Part shown: positions 61,460 through 64,000 of the stretch, piece by piece | Layout of the letters: every line of letters starts with the position of its first letter | Numbering within the stretch: position 1 is the first letter of the stretch | Assembly: GCA_037447605.1 (NCBI GenBank) | Contig: CM074820.1 | Coordinates: 1,116,001 to 1,180,000 of the forward strand | Reading direction: 5' to 3' | From: Zygnema circumcarinatum SAG 698-1b | Taxonomy: Eukaryota; Plantae; Zygnematophyceae | Length of the DNA stretch: 64,000 nt | Translations under genes and position numbers: made by a program | The notes under the pieces: generated by a model | Told to the model about the DNA's origin: nothing | Database searches by the model: none | What the model saw: the letters and a program-made list of their open reading frames with translations, nothing else

Positions 61460-63729
61460 ATGGCGCGATGCGTGGAGTGCGGGAGGGAGGCGGAGCGCCT
61501 CTTGCGCGCGCCCCCGCCTGCGCCCCCTGAGCTGGCGCTCTGCGTACGTCTGTCAGACTGCCACGTGGGGGCTGCTTGGAGGGACACGTGGCACGTTGGC
61601 TTGCTTGGTTATCAACTGCAGATAGCTGGATGTTGAGAAAAGAAGAGGGAGAAGGGGGGAGGGGGAGAGAAGGAGGCGTGAGGTTTCGGGGAGAGTATGA
61701 ATGCTGTAAATGTGGAAGGCTGATGGATTTTAGAGTTCGCCTCATTAATTCAATCTTTTTCTGTGTCTTTTCTTGTTTTTTTACATTTTATTTTTCTGGT
61801 TTCGCTTTAGTTCTGCCGAGCAGAAGCACTGCGGAAGGGTGGTCGACACATACCTTGAGTATGAGCCCCTGGTGAGAGTCAAATCTTTGACCGCTTGGTA
61901 GTTCACAACCCGAGCACCGATAGAGCACCTTGAATCTTTCTTGATGAGACTATTTTGAAACCCTTAGAGATGTTTCTGGAAAAATGATGTGCATTATCTC
62001 ACCATGGCGATGCCATCAAATGTACATGGACAACAACAACATGGGGAACCACGAGGGATATTCATGAGTTCAAGATAAGCATTAACGTTTGCATAATGCT
62101 AATGCTAGTAGAACCGCACTGGTAGATTTCTAGCATTTCAACATTGTAAAGCCGACCCGATACTAAAGGATGAATAATCATGAAAGGCAAAGCACACATC
62201 TCTCTCTCCCTCTCTCTCTCACTGTCTTCTCTTTCTCTCCCTCCCCCCTCTCTCTCTCTCTCGCTCTCTCTCTCTAAGCGTTCATGTTTAATTCTTCCTT
62301 TGCTTGATCACTTCTACTTGGTCACCCCTTCCCTAAACCTTGAGATGCTCTGCCTGCAGCTGATCATTATCGACCTCATTCTGCACCGTCAGCAGGCGTA
62401 CTACCACACTATCTTCAACCACTTCGTCATACGGCCGCAGGAGGCCAAGGTGGGCGGCTCAGTCTCTCATAAGGTAGGTCTGCTGCTTCGAGCCCTCAGC
62501 ACTTCATTAAAGTGTGTGCATTTCTCTTTTCTCTCCCCTTTTTGTGGCTGCAGAAGCTCTTGTGGTGGAGTGTCTGCGCCTTGGTGGTAATGGATGCTTG
62601 TATCCTCTCAGATAAAAGTTGACGAGCAGTACCTTGGTAATGTCGTGCACTACTCCTGATAGAAACAATAAGGTATTATATGGTATTATTTAATATATAT
62701 ATATATATAATATGATATTGGATATCCGTTTGGGATTTACCCTTGTCTTGGTAATTATCCCGAAGAGAAGCAAGCATGAGGCACTGGTTAAATGTCTAAC
62801 TGATGTAAATTGTTGCTGCTGATTCACTGGACGCATTTCCTGCAAACTTTGAGAATTTCTGCCCTTTTAAGCATTAAGTTTTTGTGAGCCAGGAAAACCT
62901 GGCTTGCCAACAAGCCTTGACAGTTCCACTATAAGGCAGACAACCAGTATTGAATCTCGCAGAGTGGGAACGAAGATGGAGTACATCTCAATTTGATATT
63001 GGGCTGGCTGCTGTGAAGGTGAGCTGTACTGCTTCCTGGACGGCGCACTCGTGAACTGCATTTCTGCCCCTTTGATTGACACTTGCTTTCAGGATACATT
63101 CATATTTTACCCTTTACTTGGTCTGCCACCTTCAGCAGGTGATCGCGGCTTCTATTCTGTCCAATACTTTGTTCGCCATTACGTTAGTTTTGGCATTATC
63201 GTTCTCCGGAGCATTATCCAAAGCACACTCCCTCCCACTCGAGTGCGTAATTCTCCACGAGAACTTTGTTCTTATCTGCAAGTCTGCCTGCCATGGCTAC
63301 AATATATTACCTTTCTCTTATGTCCCAGCATGGGGACGAGTATGAAGGAACGAACTGTTCGAAGTTGTATCCAACAGAGCGCACTGATTCAGATGCTCTG
63401 ATGATGATGATGATGTATGGCAGAAAAGGGATCGTCTTACGCGCAATTCCTCTTTCAAGTTTCTTCAAACTCCTGCTGATTCCCATGATGGTATGTATGA
63501 AGCCCTCCCTCCTCCGAGGGAACAGCATGGGGTCATTCATCACTTTCCTGCATGACCAATGGGCTTAATTGAGGGTGGCAGCATGGTACACTTATGGAAA
63601 GTTACCTATCTGTATTTATGATGAGTGGTGTAATTGTGTTTTACACATAACAGGTATGGCGATTTTCTCCAGGAATGGTGTTTATCATAAACTTTTTTGT
63701 CTTCACTTCAAACACAGTGGCTGTTCAAG
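61460..63729 (+). CDS. ARV1: ARV1 (sterol homeostasis / GPI-anchor related ER protein); final exon uncertain
   Basis: Zn-binding MARCVEC...C-KHCGRVVDTYLEYEP; LIIIDLILHRQQAYYHTIFN; LSSFFKLLLIPMM-VWRF; FVFTSNTVAV. Mostly missed by the ORF track. Confidence 0.88.
61987..62057 (+). repeat. ~70-bp dispersed repeat, copy C (ARV1 intron)
   Basis: GATGTGCATTATCTCACCATGGCGATGCCATCAAATGTACATGGACAACAACAACATGGGGAACCACGAGGG. Confidence 0.75.
62600..62935 (+). other. U12-type GT-AG intron in ARV1
   Basis: Donor GTATCCTCT; GCCTTGAC at 62914..62921, 14 nt before the 3' end; phase-1 splicing gives an open frame (VMDA-C-RQPVLNLAEW...AAVK) up to the next GT donor. Confidence 0.7.
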
Positions 63730-63955
63730 GTCAGCCTTACAGCCACTTGCACCAAACCTTCCTCCCAATGCTCATCTGTGAGCTGTTCAGCAGTGCCTTC
63801 TTCTTGTTGTTGTTGTTAAAGCAAATCTCTTGCATTTGTGCAGCCAAACGCAGTGACTGCGAGAGCATGTTTGGAGCCTGGAGGTCGGTCTGTCCCCAAG
63901 GGGGAAGTCGAGAAGAGTGTTCTCACGATGTCCACGACATTGTTCTCATGCCCTC

Positions 63956-63957
<2 letters not shown>

Positions 63958-63989
<32 letters not shown>
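63958..63989. repeat. (TG)n microsatellite
   Basis: Perfect TG run of 32 bp. Confidence 0.95.
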
Positions 63990-63993
<4 letters not shown>

Positions 63994-64000
63994 CAGCGGC

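Overview
Eukaryotic nuclear DNA, gene-dense and intron-rich, from a streptophyte plant-lineage organism. It is most likely a streptophyte alga or other non-seed plant; this is inferred from plant-type TAF4 with an RST domain, LIG6, an At4g24610-family gene, a tRNA-Thr of the Arabidopsis type, TTTAGGG repeats and U12-type introns. Twelve spliced protein genes were assembled by hand. Left to right: a partial small basic UPF0390/DUF2462-like gene (-), TAF4 (+), an uncharacterised ~398-aa single-pass membrane protein with a Frizzled-like cysteine-rich ectodomain (+), an organelle-targeted RlmI-like PUA/SAM methyltransferase (-), RPB8 (-), a CPBP/CAAX-type protease (-), a 4'-phosphopantetheinyl transferase (-), mitochondrial ATP synthase beta (+), DNA ligase 6 (-), a nuclear Ycf21/chorismate-lyase-like gene (+), an At4g24610-family gene (+) and ARV1 (+, 3' end uncertain). 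Two identical convergent tRNA-Thr(AGT) genes lie between the PPTase and ATP synthase beta genes. Non-coding structure includes an interstitial degenerate telomere array inside a MITE-like element, other MITE/foldback elements, a 3-copy ~70-bp dispersed repeat, two U12-type introns, long homopurine/homopyrimidine tracts, microsatellites and two 10-N gaps. One gap flanks an exact ~1.25-kb duplication that is probably an assembly artefact. The most notable candidates are the Frizzled-like CRD membrane protein, the nuclear Ycf21/UbiC-like gene and the two minor-spliceosome introns. All family assignments come from motif recognition, not database searches.
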